Shown in pieces: positions 49,667 through 64,000 of a stretch of DNA of 64,000 nt. Source of the DNA: Selaginella moellendorffii (Eukaryota; Plantae; Lycopodiophyta); contig NW_003314328.1 of assembly GCF_000143415.4 (NCBI RefSeq), positions 833,889 through 897,888 on the forward strand, read 5' to 3'. The position numbers and the translations under genes are program-made. Under the pieces are notes generated by a model. That model searched no databases. It had not been told where the DNA came from and worked only from the letters and a program-made list of their open reading frames with translations. Within the stretch, counting starts at the first letter, position 1; the number at the start of each line of letters is the position of its first letter.

Positions 49667-52600
49667 CATAGCTCCTTGGCTCCATGCTTGGGAGTTTGGC
49701 ACCGTTCCTTCATTCAGTGGCCCAAGGCCCTGAAACTTGGGTTCCACACCACTGTCCTTCGAACACGTGGCATGTGACACGTGGCATATATCACGTGGCA
49801 CATGGAGGGTTTAGGTTCCGCTTCGTGGTTATCTTATGGTAAATCACTATAGGATAAAGGGTAAAAACCACATGCACTACAGGAAGGGTGTTCCCCATGT
49901 CTCCAAACATTTTAATGATGCTAAGATATGGTTTGGGATGACCATTCATTGATAGATGGCTTAGTCTTGGAGAGATGGGACTATAGTATAAGTGGTTTGG
50001 ATTATTAATAAGATAAAGGTAAATGGATATAGCTTTAACAAAATAGGCTGAGATATCAATGGTATCTTTGGGGTGTCTATCATAGGATCAGACATATGGA
50101 GTATTTGGACCAAGTGCAAGGCTTAAGTGGCATAAATGCCATTTACATAGCTAGCATGTCCCCAAGTCGGGAATAAAACTTATGGAGGTTATGAGTGAGA
50201 CTCCTTCAAATGGTCAAAGGTGTGGTTAAGTGACTAAAGTAGAATGAAACATTTAGTCATTTACATTAGCATGGTATGGAACTTGGGCCTAGATGTCACA
50301 AATATGATTGTGGGTATTGAAAGTTACCTATTAACTAGTCCTTTCAGATATTCTTTCCTTACTGCAATGACGGCAGAAAGTCAGTATTGTTGGTTACCTT
50401 TTCAGCCCCTTTTGTTCAAGTGTTAATAAATTAGGCTTAGCATCTATACTTAGTTAAATGAACATAAGGTAGGAACTCCTATGTATTTCTTGTTGAGCAT
50501 ACTTGGCCTAACTCTTAATTCTCTTTTGTTTTGTCTTCCGCTGGCTTCACAAGAACCCTCGCATAGTGAAATTAGTTTTTCAATATCACTAGATGATAAC
50601 TTACCATGTCTGCCAAACACCCTCACTATCATGCCCTATGTGTTAGTTCTATATGATCCCATGACTATTTATGGAAAGTGTCTAGATTTGCTAGTTTGGC
50701 ATATCTATGGAATCTAGAGATTGTTCTAAACATAATAGTGTTGATCCCATATCCAAATTCACAATCTAACACCATTCCATATTTAGTAAATTTTAAGCTT
50801 GTTTTAGAGACTAACTCCTAATATTAAAGGTGAAAGCCCAAAGCAGGGGGGGGGGGGGAGGGGGGGGGTAATTGGGGGTTCCAAATATATAGTAGGGATA
50901 ATGGGTAGTTTGGGCATGGCCAACTAACTTGAGGCATAGTTTAGCTCCTGCTTGCATGTTGATCTTAGTATTGGAGTGTTGGCTTTGTCCATTTAATGGT
51001 CCAAAGCCCTAAAACTCTAGTTCTACTCCATTATCTTTGGACACATAGCATATGGTATGTGGCATGTGACATGTGGCACATAAAGGGTTTAGGTTCCGCT
51101 TCATGGTTATCCTATAGTAAATCATTATAGGATAAAAGGTGAAAATTATATGTGCTACATTTAGTACTAAAGGAGGAGTTTCAATGAGTACTATCCAATA
51201 AGATTGGGTAATTAATTTCATTGTATATGTAGAGATGAAAATGATGATTCAAGTGGGTATAAGTTTGGGTGTTATGATTTCATATTCATTCATTAAGTAT
51301 AGATTTTGGTTACCTTCTTGTACCATATTGTGTGAGCTTGTGCTTAGGCTCATAAGATGGATTGAGATGTACTATCACAAGTTTGCATTTAGGCTCGTGA
51401 GTAAAGTATATTAACAACTCAAGGATACACTTTGAGTTGGTAGGATTAATATTAGCCTATTATTGGTTACTGTGAGTTGTTCTTTGTATTGTAGGTAAAG
51501 TAAACCTCCCCTGGGTTTGCTATAACTGGCTAATATGTTGGTCTGTAGCTATTTGGCATGACATTAGTGGATCTTTCCTAGGCATGATTATAAGTGGATC
51601 AATCAAGACTATAAGGATTAGTTTATTGGTTCAAGTAGCCACTGCCACAGTCTTTCATAAATTTTTCTTTGATTAGACGTAAATACGACAATAAATGTAA
51701 GTTGAGGTTTAGTCAAAGTTGAGACCAAAAAGAAAGTTATCAAAGACAAAGGATCAAACATGTAAATCATCTTTTCTTCTTCGAAAGATGATTTGCAACA
51801 ATGTGTGAACTCATTGCTCATGTTCAAATCATGCAATCAAGAGTCTCTACTTTGATGCATGTTGGTTATAATGGTCTTACAAGTGGTGAGTCGTGGGATG
51901 GATAGTGGTAAAACACTAAACCATTTTCTTAGGTTTACTATTAAAAGATTTGGGTTACAATGCTTAGTTTTTTATGGGGAGCCTTGTTATTTCTACTTGA
52001 GTAGCTTAGTGTAGAATTAGTTTTGAGTTTGGTCAAAAAGAGAGTGGTATAAGCTTATTTATATTGTGAACAAAGTTGTTAGTATTTGATATTGTGAATC
52101 TTTATCAGTGGGGTGTGGCATTTATGTTGTATTTTATTGAATAAAGTTGACATTTGATACTTATGTAAACTTTTGAAATAATAATGTGGGCTTGCTTGTG
52201 GTATTGCTCAATTTATGATGAAATCATTGTGATTTTTATATCATATCTATATGATAATGAGTAATGTGTATACGAAGTTGCTTGGTTAAATAATAATTGA
52301 CCCTAAAGTGGTTAATAATGAATCTAGTGTATTTGTAAGTAGTAATATTGAAGTGGTGGTTCATTATGCTAAGCTTGAGTTGGTACCTTAATTCTTGAGA
52401 GTTTGCCTATCAAGGTGTTAGAAAGGGTTATAGCATTCACTTGTTATAGTTTGTTAATTTATCTGTTAGTACTTGGAGTAAATTATTGAATGGAGAAAGT
52501 GTGAAGTTAAGGTATTGACATTGTTAGCACTTGTATTAGTGAAAGTGATATTGTTCTTTCGAGTGATGAGGAATTTCTCCTTAAAGCTTGATTTTTCATA

Positions 52601-55600
52601 TCATTTTTCTTATTAATGTTTTTGCTTCACATTGGATCTTGAAGTTGATTGAAGAAGAGTGTTAGTACAATATGAATATTTGAAATTGTGGTCTTCTTGA
52701 TCAAATTTTAGGTATTTATTAACATTTATAGATAATGGTTTTGGATATCAAAAATATGGGCATGATGTTTGATGCTTTGTCATACTATTGTATTATGAAA
52801 ATTTATGTTAAGGTGAACCTTTGTGAAGTTGTTGGTAGGAGGAAGTTGGTTGAGTTTTAAAAGTTTGTATTCCTAAATTGAAAGTCATTCTTTTTCTATG
52901 ATGGAAAATTTTCCATAAATTTTCTTAGACTTTTCCAATAGTTAACTTGTTAATCATTTTGCTCAAAAATCATTTCGTTTTTGTAAACTAATATAAATTA
53001 GTGAAAGGGTTGGAATTGACTTTGATGCTTAAAATACTTTAGTGACTTTCAATGCTTAAGCATTCTGTTGGGTTATGAGAATTTATGTTGAAGTGAATCA
53101 ATGTGAAGTTGTTAGTAAGAGGAAGTTGGTTAAGTCTTAAAAGTTTGTATTCTTAGATTGAAAGTTATTCTTTCTTTTTTATGGAAATTTTCCATAAATT
53201 TTCTTAGACTTTTCCAATGGCTGATTTGTTGATTGTTTTTCTTGAAAACCATTTTTTTTCTATAAGCTAAGTACAAATTAGTGAAAAGGTTAGAGTTGAC
53301 TTCAATTAGCTTAGAACTTAATATATAGTTTGTATGATATGATTTGAAAGGGATGCTGACTTTTTGGAGTAAGGCAATTGAGTATGTTAAAATCTAGAGT
53401 TGGTGTAAAAAAGTGGCTATTGCATTTTTCTAGAAAGGTGGCACTTATGCTTTTCTTCTGTAGCATTAGCTAGGTGGCAGATTAAACCTTACATTTCATT
53501 AAACTTTATAAGAGTAATGAATTTTCATTGATCTTGACTTAGTCTTAGTAGCCTTACACTTTGGCTGAGGATGGTGATATCCAACTTAGCTGTTGAAGGT
53601 TGAAGTGTTAATACCTGCATTATAGCTTTATCTATTAGAATGTTATGTACCAATATAAATCCATCTTATAGTATTTGTTTTATTTTTGGTTGAGTGTTGA
53701 TCATGTATAGTTAGCCTCTTTAAGGTATGCTCAAAGTTATTGGCTATACATATTAGAGCTTATTGCTATACAATTTAATTTAAGTGGTTGTTTTGTCCAT
53801 ACTTGTCTATATTTCTATATGATGTTGGACAAGTATATGACTCGATGACATAAGTTTAGTGTTTGGATCTTGTGAAGGCAAGTTGAAAAGTGATTATTGG
53901 TTATTTTGCAACTAATGATTTCTTGTAGATTTTGTCAAGGACCGTTGACATTTGCTTCGCTCGATAATGATATAGCAATGGTGGGCTAGCTTTACTAGAT
54001 GGTGTTGTGGAGGATCGTGTCATTAAACTTATATAGTTTTTCTATGTTGGTATGTCAATTCTACCATTGTCAATATCATTTGGTTGTGTTTCATCTGTGG
54101 TGTTGGATTACATTGAGTCTTGGATGTCGTGATTCACTCCTTAATTATATGTTATTTATAATTGAATATTATTAAAGGATTAGTCTTAAATACTAACTAA
54201 GGTATCTTCAACCTTAGCTAACTTGGTTGCTAAAAAGCTTTAGTGGTGATTTGCTCTTACTTATTCCTAGCTTTGTTGTAATGTTAATGATATTGAAGTA
54301 ATGCCTTGTCGTTAACATTGTTGATATTGAGATTCAAGTGAAATGAAATGTCTCTTTATAGAATTGACATTAAGTTTCATTAGTCTTGATATATATAGTA
54401 TTGATGATTTAACTATAAATTTATGTTATTTGGCATTCGTGCATTTTCTAGTTAACCACTATATTTGCATTCATACGAGCTAAGTGGCAAATTCCAGTTA
54501 GTTGTGTTCTACACAAGATTGTTTAATAAGGATTAAGCTTTGGTTTTTCCTTGAAAAGAGATTGCGTCATTGACTATGCTAGTTTTAGTGATCAATATTA
54601 AACTTGTTAATTCTTTATTGGATTTGAGTTGAGATTATATTGATCATTGATAATTTTTCTTGTGCTTGTTATGAAGTGAATTATGTCTTATTATGCATAG
54701 ATGGATTTATGGAGGATCAGTTTTGTGGTCATTTATTGAGCTTAATTTTATTGTACATTTACATGAGAGATTTGAGTTGGCTTGGAGTGATTTAGAGTAA
54801 TTTTTCTCTCACACTTGTTTAGTTCCAGCCTGAGGAAAAGTTTCTAAGCTTTTCCCTGTTTCCTAGAAAAACAAAAATTTCAATATTTTTTAGATGGAGT
54901 TATAGAGGCGGTGGAGATTTTTCTCCTAAGCCCAAGAGCGTAATTTTAAGAGCTCTATGATACAAGATATAAGTACTTGCCACGATTGAAAGAATTAAGT
55001 GAATTATTTTGAAGTTTTTTGAGAAGGTTACTTCTAGAAAAAGTTTCTATATAGACTTAGGCTTCATTTGCATATGATCTCATGAATTTTAATGCTTTGG
55101 GTCTTGAGTTTTAGCATATTTTCTGCTAACATGTTTTCTTGTTTAGGTTGTGAGGAAGGAGTTTATTCTTTCTTTGGTTTTGCCACAAATATTTTATTAT
55201 AAACTTGTCTCAAAACTTAGAGTGTTTGTGAGTGTGTTTTACAATTCATTTGTTTCTCCTTTTTTTGAGCAACATTTGGTCAAAAGAAGGTCATTTTCAC
55301 AACTTCTTGATTATAGAGTAAGTGTTAAAGCATTTCTGGGCATTTTCTTGTGTGTCCTAGAGTGTGTGGCAAGTCCTTTAGTTTATTTCTGATTAAGGTT
55401 ACCTCTAGACTTATCCCACAACCGAGCATTTACTTCACCTTGCATATTTCATGCTTATACACATAATGAGTACAAAAAGTGACAAGTTCTTGGTTCTCTT
55501 TAGGGTCCCTGTATTCGTGGAAAGTTCTCCAGGCTTAAACAAGAGTTGGATTATCACACAGCTTTGTCAAAGAGCGAGGATTAACCATTTGTTGCAAATA

Positions 55601-58600
55601 CCACATTAGCAGATTCATATAATGCATCCCCACCTCAATAATTGCAAATCAACAAAGGATGGTGTAACAACCTTCACCACCTCTACCACCCATACCGATG
55701 GTGCATATGTTGTAGCACAGTCTCAAGCTCCCCTTCTTTGAGCCAAGTATAGGGATTTTAATGGACGATCACCTTATGGCATTCTCTTCTTACTGTGTCA
55801 ACAACCAAATCATGGATGATGTGACCCAGCACAAAGCGCTCACTTAATCAATGCATGGTTGTGCATGGTGATGGGTACTTCTGCTGAAGGTAGAGGAGAA
55901 GGAGGACTTTGACACTCTCCTCTATACATTTAGGAGTACATTTTCTCAAGAAGTTCCCCCATAATAGCTTGTCCAAGACTTGTTTCAGTTTTGGCAAGGT
56001 GCAAATGAGTCCATCTTCGATTAGACAATGCTATTTTGGAATATCTACCTTGACAAAAGAGCGACCTAGGAGGAGTCCATTGGAGTGTCTATGGAGTGGG
56101 GGGGGGGGGGGGGGGGGGGGGGTATTAAAGGTTCCCAAATTTTAATAGGGAAAGGGGGGAGGTCAGGGATTTCCCACCCACCTGGGGGAAAAACCAACCC
56201 CCGGTTGGGGGGTTATTTTTTTTCTGGGGCCGCCTTAGGGAAAAACCCCAGTTCCCCACCCTGGTAAGTGGGAAAAAAACCCTGTCCCCCTGTTAGGCCC
56301 CTAATATACTGAAAAATTTTCAAACTTTCTTTGGGGCCCTGTTTTGCCTGGTAACCTTAAAATTGGGAAGGTGGGTGCCCCAAGAATGTTCCCAGGCCCT
56401 TCGGGCTTTTGTCCCTTCACTCCTTAGGCTGTATACTCAGGAGTTACTCTGTGGTCCGGTTTTGTCACTCTTTGGTTCTATGCTTAGGAGTTTGGCACTG
56501 TTCCTTCGTTCAGTGGCCCAAGGCCCTGAACCTTGGGTTCCACACCACTGTCCTATGGACACATGGCATGTGACATATGGCATATAACATGTGGCACATA
56601 GAGGGTTTAGGTTTCGCTTCGTGGTGTTATCCTATGGTAAATCACCATAAGATAAAGGGTAAAAACCACATGCGCTACATTTGGTATCAGAGGATACATC
56701 TCAGTGACTACTATCCAATGAGATTGGGCAACTAGTCTCATTGTATATGTAAAGATGAAAACAATGATCCAAGTGGGTATATGTTTGGGTGCTAAAACTT
56801 TGCATTCATTCCTTGAGTAACTTGGTGTTGGATTAGTTTTGAGTTTGGTAAAAAAGAGAGTGGCATGAGCTTGTCTGTGTTGTGAACAAAAGTTAGTAGT
56901 GTTGGGTGTTGTAAGTCTCTATTGGTGGAGTGTTGCATTTTGTCAAATCGAGTTGATATTTGATACTCACATAAACCTTTATAGTAGTGACATAGGCATT
57001 GCTTATGGTGTTGCTCAATTGATGATCAAGTTATTATAATACTTATATCATATCCATGTGATCGTGAGCAATGTGTTTACGAAGTTGTTTAGTTAAACGA
57101 TGATCAACCCTAAAGTGGCTGATAGAGAAGCTAGTCTACTTACATATAATAGCATTGTAGTAGCTTTGACTAGATTCTCAATGATGGTCCATTATGTTAA
57201 GCTTAAGTTGGTTCCTTAGTTCCTTGAGTTTGCCCATTAAAGTGATGGAAAGGGTTATAACATTCACTTGTTATGGCTTATTGGTTTATTTGTTAGCACT
57301 TGGAGTAGATTGTTGGATGAAAAAAGCGTGTAGTTGAGGTATTGACATCGATAGCACTTGTGTTAGTAGAAATGGTATTATTATTTTGAGTGATGAGGAA
57401 TTTTTCTTAAAGCTTGACTTTTCATGTCATTTTTTTTTTTTTTTTAATGTTTTGGCTTCACATTAGATCTTGAAAGTGGTTGAAGAAGAGTGTTAGTGCA
57501 ATATGGATATCCGAAGTTATAGTTTTCATGATCAAGCCTTAGATGTTCATTTTGCATTTTACAGATATCAGTGTTGGATGTCAGATATATGCGCAAAGAT
57601 GTTCAATACTTAAGCATATTGTTGGATCATGAGAATTTGTGTTGAGGTGAAAATATGTGAAGTTGTAGGTAGGAGGAAGTTGGTTGAGTCTTGAAAATTT
57701 ACACTCCTGGACTGAGAATCATTCTTTCTCTAGGATGGAAAATTTTCCACAAATTTTCTTAGGCTTTTCCAATGGCTAATCTGTTGATCACTTTGCTCAA
57801 AAACCATTTCGTATTTGTAAGCCAAAATGTAGTGCAAATAGTGTCAAAGTCAGTACAAACTAATGAAGGGGTTGGAGTTGACTTTGGTTGGCTTACACCT
57901 TAGTAAGTAATTTGTAAGATGCAACCCGAATGGGATGCTAATTTTTGGGGCTAAGGCAATTGAGTTGAATAGAGTCTGAAGTTGGTGTAGAAAAGTGGCC
58001 GTTGTGCTTTTTTTAGAAGGGTGACCCTAGTGCCTTTCTTCTGTAGCGTTATGTTTGGTGGCAAATTGCACTTTTCATTTCATTAGACTTTATGAAAGTA
58101 GTGAGCTCTCACTGATCTTGATTTGGTCTTGCTAACTTTGCGCCTTAGCTGAGGATAGTAATGTCCAACTTAGTTGTTTGTGGTTAAAATATTGATACCC
58201 GTACTATAACTTTGTCTATGAGGAAGTTGTGTACTTGTCGGTGAGCTTATTGTGGTTGAGTTGGATTCAAATAGTCATTTAGTTCATGTTTGTCTATGAA
58301 CCTTTATCTCGTATCTGGGGTATTACGTTCATGTTGGACAAGTATATGACTTGATGACATGAGTTTAGTGTTAGGTCTTGTGAATGCAAGTTGAAAGATT
58401 GCTTGTTAGTTGCTTGGCAACTAGTGATTACTTGTAGACTTCGTCGAGAACTGTTTAACACTTGCTTCGCTGAATGATGATCTAGTGGTGATGGGTTTAC
58501 TTTACCAGATGGTATTGCGAAGGATCGTGTCGTTAGACTTACATGGGTTTTCCATGTCGGCATGTCGACTCTACCTCTGTCGATATCATTCTGGTTGCGT

Positions 58601-59600
58601 TTCGTCTATAGTGTCTCTGAAAAGAGGTGGCAATGCTAAGCTGTCTCCATGGTATTGTGGGTTTTGGACAATTTTACAGTGTGTGGGAGATCTTGCATAC
58701 ACTTTAGACTTGCCAGCTAGTTCAAAGATTCATCTAATGTTCCATTTGAGAAAGCTTAAAACGTGTTTGCACTCTGATGATGTCATGGATCAATTCATCA
58801 TCCAGGTCCTAGAGATTGATGCTGAGAAAGTTGGGTTGGCTAATATTCTTGCTCAAAGATCGGTGAAAACACGCTAGAAAACAACTAGGCAGTTGTTAGT
58901 TCAATGGAATGGTTATTCCATGGATAAAGCTACATAGGAAACTGAGGATGACATGAAGAGAGTGTTTCCAAATTTTGGTTATGACTTAAATGACATTCCT
59001 AAGGAAGGGGAGAATTGAGTTCTATAACCATATTGATATATGATTTAAGTCGTTTGTTCTATTCTCATTCTCTTGTTTCCATAATTGTATTGTCATGCAA
59101 GAAAGCTGTATTGCTTTCTTTATTTCGTGGCCGTTTGTCGCAATGTTGGTGTTGCCATTTGCACATCTTTTCTCCATGGTTATATTGCTTTAGACTCCTT
59201 TCATATGAGGCTTGTTTAGCTTCTTGAGGCTGCCAAGTCATGAGGGAAGGAGAATAACACAAACCACAAGAATATTTTGAGAATATTTCATGGCTAGTGG
59301 GATTTAAGGCTCTAACACCTTAAGGGTTGGGAGGTTGGCCTAGGGTTCACTCTCTTGTTTGTTTCAGCTACAAGGCTCTACTCGTAGATGTTGCTCACGG
59401 GCTTGTACTTTAGGATTCTATCCTCTTACTTCAAAACTTTTGCTTCTTGGAGCTGAAATCCAAGATGTGATAGGCACCTTGAATCATGGAGATCAAGGTC
59501 CACATTCAGCAACAAATTTTAGGAGAAAATTCTGGATGTAGCTAATATATAGCTAGTGTTTCTTTCTTCTTTCATAAAGCAATTGTTTTCAGTTTCCTTC
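49667..59600 (+). mobile_element. Nested decayed gypsy remnants (older family), including PBS at 56682 and an integrase SH3-like/chromodomain remnant at ~58620-59000
   Basis: Homologous to 31800-38005; TGGTATCAGAG at 56682; KLSPWYCG..VGDLAYTLDLPASSKIHLMFH..LK and LLVQWNGY..AT*E. Confidence 0.7.
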
Positions 59601-59612
59601 TGAAAAGATCTT

Positions 59613-60762
59613 TGTAAGGAACCAATTCCCTGAGGTGTCGAAGGCCAAAGGATCCTCGAAAGCACGACCAAAACGATAAAGAGTTCATCGGATAAGACCA
59701 AGTCCGAGATCGAGTCCAAGATCGAGTCCGAGACCTACTCTAAAACCGAGTTCGAGACCGAATCCAAGATCGAGTCCGAGACCGACTCCGGGACCGAGTT
59801 CAAGACCACGTCCGACTTCGGGACCAAGTTCGAGACCGAGTCCGAGATCGAGTCCAAAATCGAGTCCGAGACAAAGTCCGAAATCGGGTCCGAGGTCGAG
59901 TCGGAGATTGAGTCCGAGACCGAGTCCAAAGTCAAGTCCGAGATCGAGTCCGAGACCGAGTCTGAATACTAATACAGGTCATAGGGTGAAAGCCCAAAGC
60001 ATGTGTCTCCCGAGGGGGGGAGGGGGCTACAGGGGGTTCCAAAAGTATAGTAGGGATAGTGAGGTCTAGGAACCAGTCTTAAAGAAACTCTCTAGTAGTG
60101 CTTCCAAACTGACTTGAGGTTGAAACTAGGGTCGAGGGGCCTTGGGTGGGAGTGAGCATGGACTCGGGTGGTGCCAGAGGGGCCACCCAAGGAAGTGCTC
60201 AAAAGCAACTCCCACTCCTAGAAGGGAAATTGATTGCAGTGCTCCCAACTCTTGTGGAGTGGTGCCCCACTTGAGTACCTTGTGGCTCATTGGTCCTTGC
60301 CCTTCCTAGGGGCTTGGGCCTTCCCTTCGGGATGGAAGTGGGGGGGTAGAGGTACCCATACTGGGCCGTTAAGCCACAGTGTTTTGCCTTGGCATCCCAA
60401 AACAAGTGTTCCACCCAAAGCTTGGGATTTAGAGGGTCTCATGATCAAGTCTTGTTGTACCAAGGGATGTTAGGAACTTGGAGGCTTGGTGTGCTTGGCT
60501 GCTTGTGCCTACGGGGAGTGTAGTTGAACCTTAAGTCCAGTCTAACTCGGGGAGGGGGATTGGGAGAGATTTGGGAATCTGTGGATGGATGGTTAACGCT
60601 TCGTTGCTCGTGTAGTGAGTAGCTAAAACCATGTAGGACCAAGTAGCAGCTGGTACAATAGGCAGGAACCTTGGCGAAGGAACTTAGCTAAAGCCAAGGT
60701 AGTGTTGGTCGGATAGATGAGGTAAACTGGCAAATTGGAAAGGAAAAAATGTGTGGCTTACA
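59613..60762 (+). repeat. 5' LTR (1150 bp) of a Ty3/gypsy element, with an internal hexamer microsatellite
   Basis: TGTAAGG...GCTTACA termini, followed by a PBS; paralog of 38566-49666. Confidence 0.88.
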
Positions 60763-60765
60763 ATT

Positions 60766-60777
60766 TGGTATCGAAGC
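60766..60777 (+). promoter_or_regulatory. Primer-binding site (tRNA-iMet-like, TGGTATCGAAGC)
   Basis: 3 nt after the LTR end; near match to TGGTATCAGAGC. Confidence 0.75.
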
Positions 60778-60821
60778 CTTTTCCTCAGTTCTAGTAAAGG
60801 ATAGAGGCAGATTGCTGGGAG

Positions 60822-63800
60822 ATGGCAAAGGAAGGGCGTAAACGAACCAAGGTGGAGATGGAACCTCCTCCGGAGCTGGAGCCTTCGGTCAAACAAGAGG
60901 CTATGGATGAGGAATCCTTGCATGAGGAGGACTCCAGTGAGGAAACTTCTAAATAGGAGTCTAGTGGTGAGGTTCAGTCATCCAAGGCTCGATTGGACAT
61001 TTTAGAAGGACAATTGGCACAGACCAGTGCCCTACTAGAGACTCTCGTATGCAAGCTAATGCGTGACGAGAAGCGGAAGAAAAAGCAAAAGACTACAGAT
61101 GCTGGCAGTGCAAAAGGTGCAAACCCTTTGGCAGGGACAGAGGCAGAACCAAACAAGGTTGAACAGACCGAAGTGGAATCAATCCCTCAAGCAATTCCCA
61201 AGTATAAACCAAAGCCCCCACCGGTCTTCAAGGGAGTGAATGACTATAAAGTGGTGGAGGATTGGTTTTACAATATGGAGGACTATTTCCGAGTGTTGCA
61301 ATTACCAAGCTTAGAGAAAGTCCCATATGCAAAACCATACTTGGCAGATAATACCAAGTTTTGGTGGAGAATGACAAAGGCCAACGAAGGACTGGTGGCC
61401 ACTTGGGAAATGATGAAGGTGAGGATTAGTGCGACTTATGTTCCTCTGAATGCTACTCTGCACCTAAGGGATGAGCAGACTAGGCTGAAGTAGACTAGAA
61501 CCATTCAAGGGTATGTGAATGGGTTTATGGCAAAGAGGATACTTGTCACAGATATAGGTGATATAGACGTTTTCCATGCCTTCATATCGGGCTTGCAAAC
61601 CTAGGCTTGTGGTGAGGTGATGCGTTGGAACCCGACCAACTACAAGGAAGCATTGGATGTGGTTATCAAGGTGCATTTCAATAATAACTTGTAAAAGGGG
61701 AGCATGACAAGGTCAGGGTCCACGTTTAGCAAAAGGGCCAAACCAAGGGGAACATATGGCAAAGGGAAATTCAAGAAGAGTTTCTTTAAGAATGAGTCCT
61801 CGGGGTTCCGGAAAGGCAAATCCAGTGGCTAGCGAGCGAGTATGTAGGGGAGTCAAGCAAAAAGAGACAAACTCACGGATAAAAAGGGCAAGTCAGCTAG
61901 CAACGTGGGAAACAACATATGCTACAACTACAGTGAAGCAGGACACTTCTCGAGGGAATGTCCCTACCCAAAGAAGGCCAAATCCAATATGGCCATTAAG
62001 TCGGGTGAAATCCAAACTGAAGTACGTGATCTAGTCCTTAATTCAAAGTTACTCATTACACAAGCAACTTTGGTAGAAAGTCATTTGTGACATCTATTAG
62101 CCCTCCAAGGCAAGCTCGGAGGTGGCTTTGTTAAGATCCTTATTGACACGGGTGCTTCAGATAATTTTGTGGCTGCAGACATAGTCTAGCAAGCCGGACT
62201 AACGGTATAGCAGCTGGGTGAACCAAGGACTATAGTGTTTATTCAAGGTAGCCAAAGCACCAATGAGGTACTTTGACAAGTGAGAGTCGAAGTGGGGATG
62301 TAGAAAGTAGACATGGATTTCACCGTGTTGGACATGGCGGGATTTGATGTAATCTTCGGGATGGATTGGTTCAATCGGTTCGTGGTAGCCCTGCATGGAT
62401 AAGGTAGGAACCTGTGGTACTAACGAATGCCCGGGGAGAACAATCCAGGGTGGAGGACCAGGATGTAAAGGTAGGGCAATGTAAGGCCAAAGATTCCTGC
62501 TTAAATCTGGTGTCCACGAGAGGACAACTCACTAAAGGAACCAAGGCAACATTTTTGTGCTTACTCTCGGTGAAAAGTGACAAAAAGATAGGAACAAAAG
62601 AAGTACATTTAGTGATCCAATGGGTGTTGGACCAATTCCAGGATACCATACTAGAGGAGCTACCGGCAGGGTTGCCCCCTGTACGACAAATAGAACATAA
62701 AATTGAGCTGGTCAAGGGTGCTAAGGCGATGGTTTGTCTCCCCTATCGTTTGAACGAAAAGGAACTCGAGGAGCTCAAGCACCAACTAGAAGAGTTGGTG
62801 GAAAAAGGGTATGTTAGGTTGAGCAAGTTGCCGTATGGGGTGCCAGTGTTATTTGTGAAAAAAAAGATGAATCTATACGCATGTGCATAGACTACTGGTT
62901 GCTCAACAAGTATACAAAGAAGAACAAGGACCTTTTGCCAAGGATTGAGGACCTGTTCGATAGGTTGGGAAAAGCAAAATACTTTTCGAGGATTGACCTA
63001 AGGTTAGGATACTACCAAATCAGGGTAGCAAAGGAAGATGCCGAGAAGACAACCTATCAAATAAGGTATGGGAGCTTTGAGTTTCTAGTGATGCCCTTCG
63101 GGCTATGCAATACGCCGGCAACGTTTTCGGTGCTGATGAACCACATCTTTATACCCTATCTGGATCAATTCGTGGTTGTCTATATTGATGACATCCTAAT
63201 TTATAGTGAGATGCTAAAGGAGCATGCCAAACACTTGATGAAAGTGTTTGAGAAACTAAGGGAACACCAGCTGTATGCTAAAGAGAGAAAATGTGACTTT
63301 GCTCAACAAGAAGTAAAGTTTCTCGGGCATATGGTGGGCAAAGACGGGCTCAAGGTCGACCCTGAGAAGGTCCAAGCGATCCAAGAATGGGAACGACTAT
63401 CGAATGTACACGAGTTAAGCGCATTCTTGGGGCTATGCAACTATTACCAAAAGTTTATCAAACATTATTCGAAAGTAGCCTTGTCTGTAACGGACCAAAC
63501 GGGAAAAGGGAAGATGATATGGACAGCAGAATGCGAGGCAGCATTTGTCCACCTCAAAGGGAAGTTGAGGAAGGCTCCCATATTGGTGTTATTAGATTTT
63601 GGTAAGGACTTTGAGGTAGAAACAGATGTTTCAGACTTTGCATTGAGTGCAGTGTTGAAGCAAGACAACCATCCAGTAGCATTCTTCTCGAAGAAGTTGG
63701 ACAAGGCTCAGCAGAAGTGGTCTGCCCACAAGAAGGAATTGTTTGCAGTGGTCAAGGCGCTCAAGGAGTGGAGACACTACCTTGGGAGACACTTCAAGGT

Positions 63801-64000
63801 TTACACGGACAATGTGGCAATGAAACACTTCTTGTCATAGCCCGACCTAAAAGGGAAACAGGGTCGGTGGGCTAATGCTTTAGCCAAGTTTGATTATGAG
63901 ATTCTATACAAGCATGGGAAGAGCAACATCATGGCAGATGCTCTAAGTCGAAAAGCGAGCTTGAAGTTGGCGATATCCATGGGAGCTAAGGAAGGTAACC
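60822..64000 (+). pseudogene. Ty3/gypsy gag-pol (gag, CCHC knuckle, protease, RT, RNase H), disrupted and running off the window
   Basis: Gag VEDWFYNMEDYF; CYNYSEAGHFSREC; protease LIDTGASDNF; RT MPFGLCN, YIDD; RNase H ETDVSDFA..ELFAVV..VYTDN. Confidence 0.93.

Noticed and set aside
56097-56390. Homopolymer-rich, divergent sequence after a long poly-G run
   Set aside because: Looks like a garbled version of the LTR segment at 36360-36610; probably a sequencing or assembly artefact downstream of poly-G.

Overview
This is a repeat-dense plant nuclear window with no host genes; a Cassandra 5S-LTR points to a vascular plant, and a fern or lycophyte is only a guess. The background is nested, CpG-depleted Ty3/gypsy chromovirus debris, with a younger gypsy LTR-PBS-gag-pol at the right edge. 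Inserted in it are: (1) a ~12-kb Sola-like DDE DNA transposon with 24-bp TIRs and 4-bp TSDs, as two near-full copies in opposite orientation (1089-12980, 38980-48967) plus the end of a third (1-487); (2) a ~15.6-kb decayed Mutator-like (MULE/SWIM) element (~16148-31781) that itself contains a PIF/Harbinger element and a Cassandra solo LTR. The main observation is that the two unrelated DNA transposons share the same accessory kit: a spliced gene head-to-head with the transposase encoding a ParB/Srx-like domain followed by a beta-class N6A/N4C DNA-methyltransferase-like domain (plus an FCP1/HAD domain in the Sola element), a homologous ~85-aa micro-ORF, and element-specific palindromic DNA repeats (a 22-bp palindrome dispersed more than 20 times in Sola; tandem ~78-bp hairpins in the MULE intron). 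I infer a candidate transposon-borne ParB/parS-like, sequence-specific epigenetic (anti-silencing or self-marking) system. All domain calls come from motifs read by eye, not database searches.
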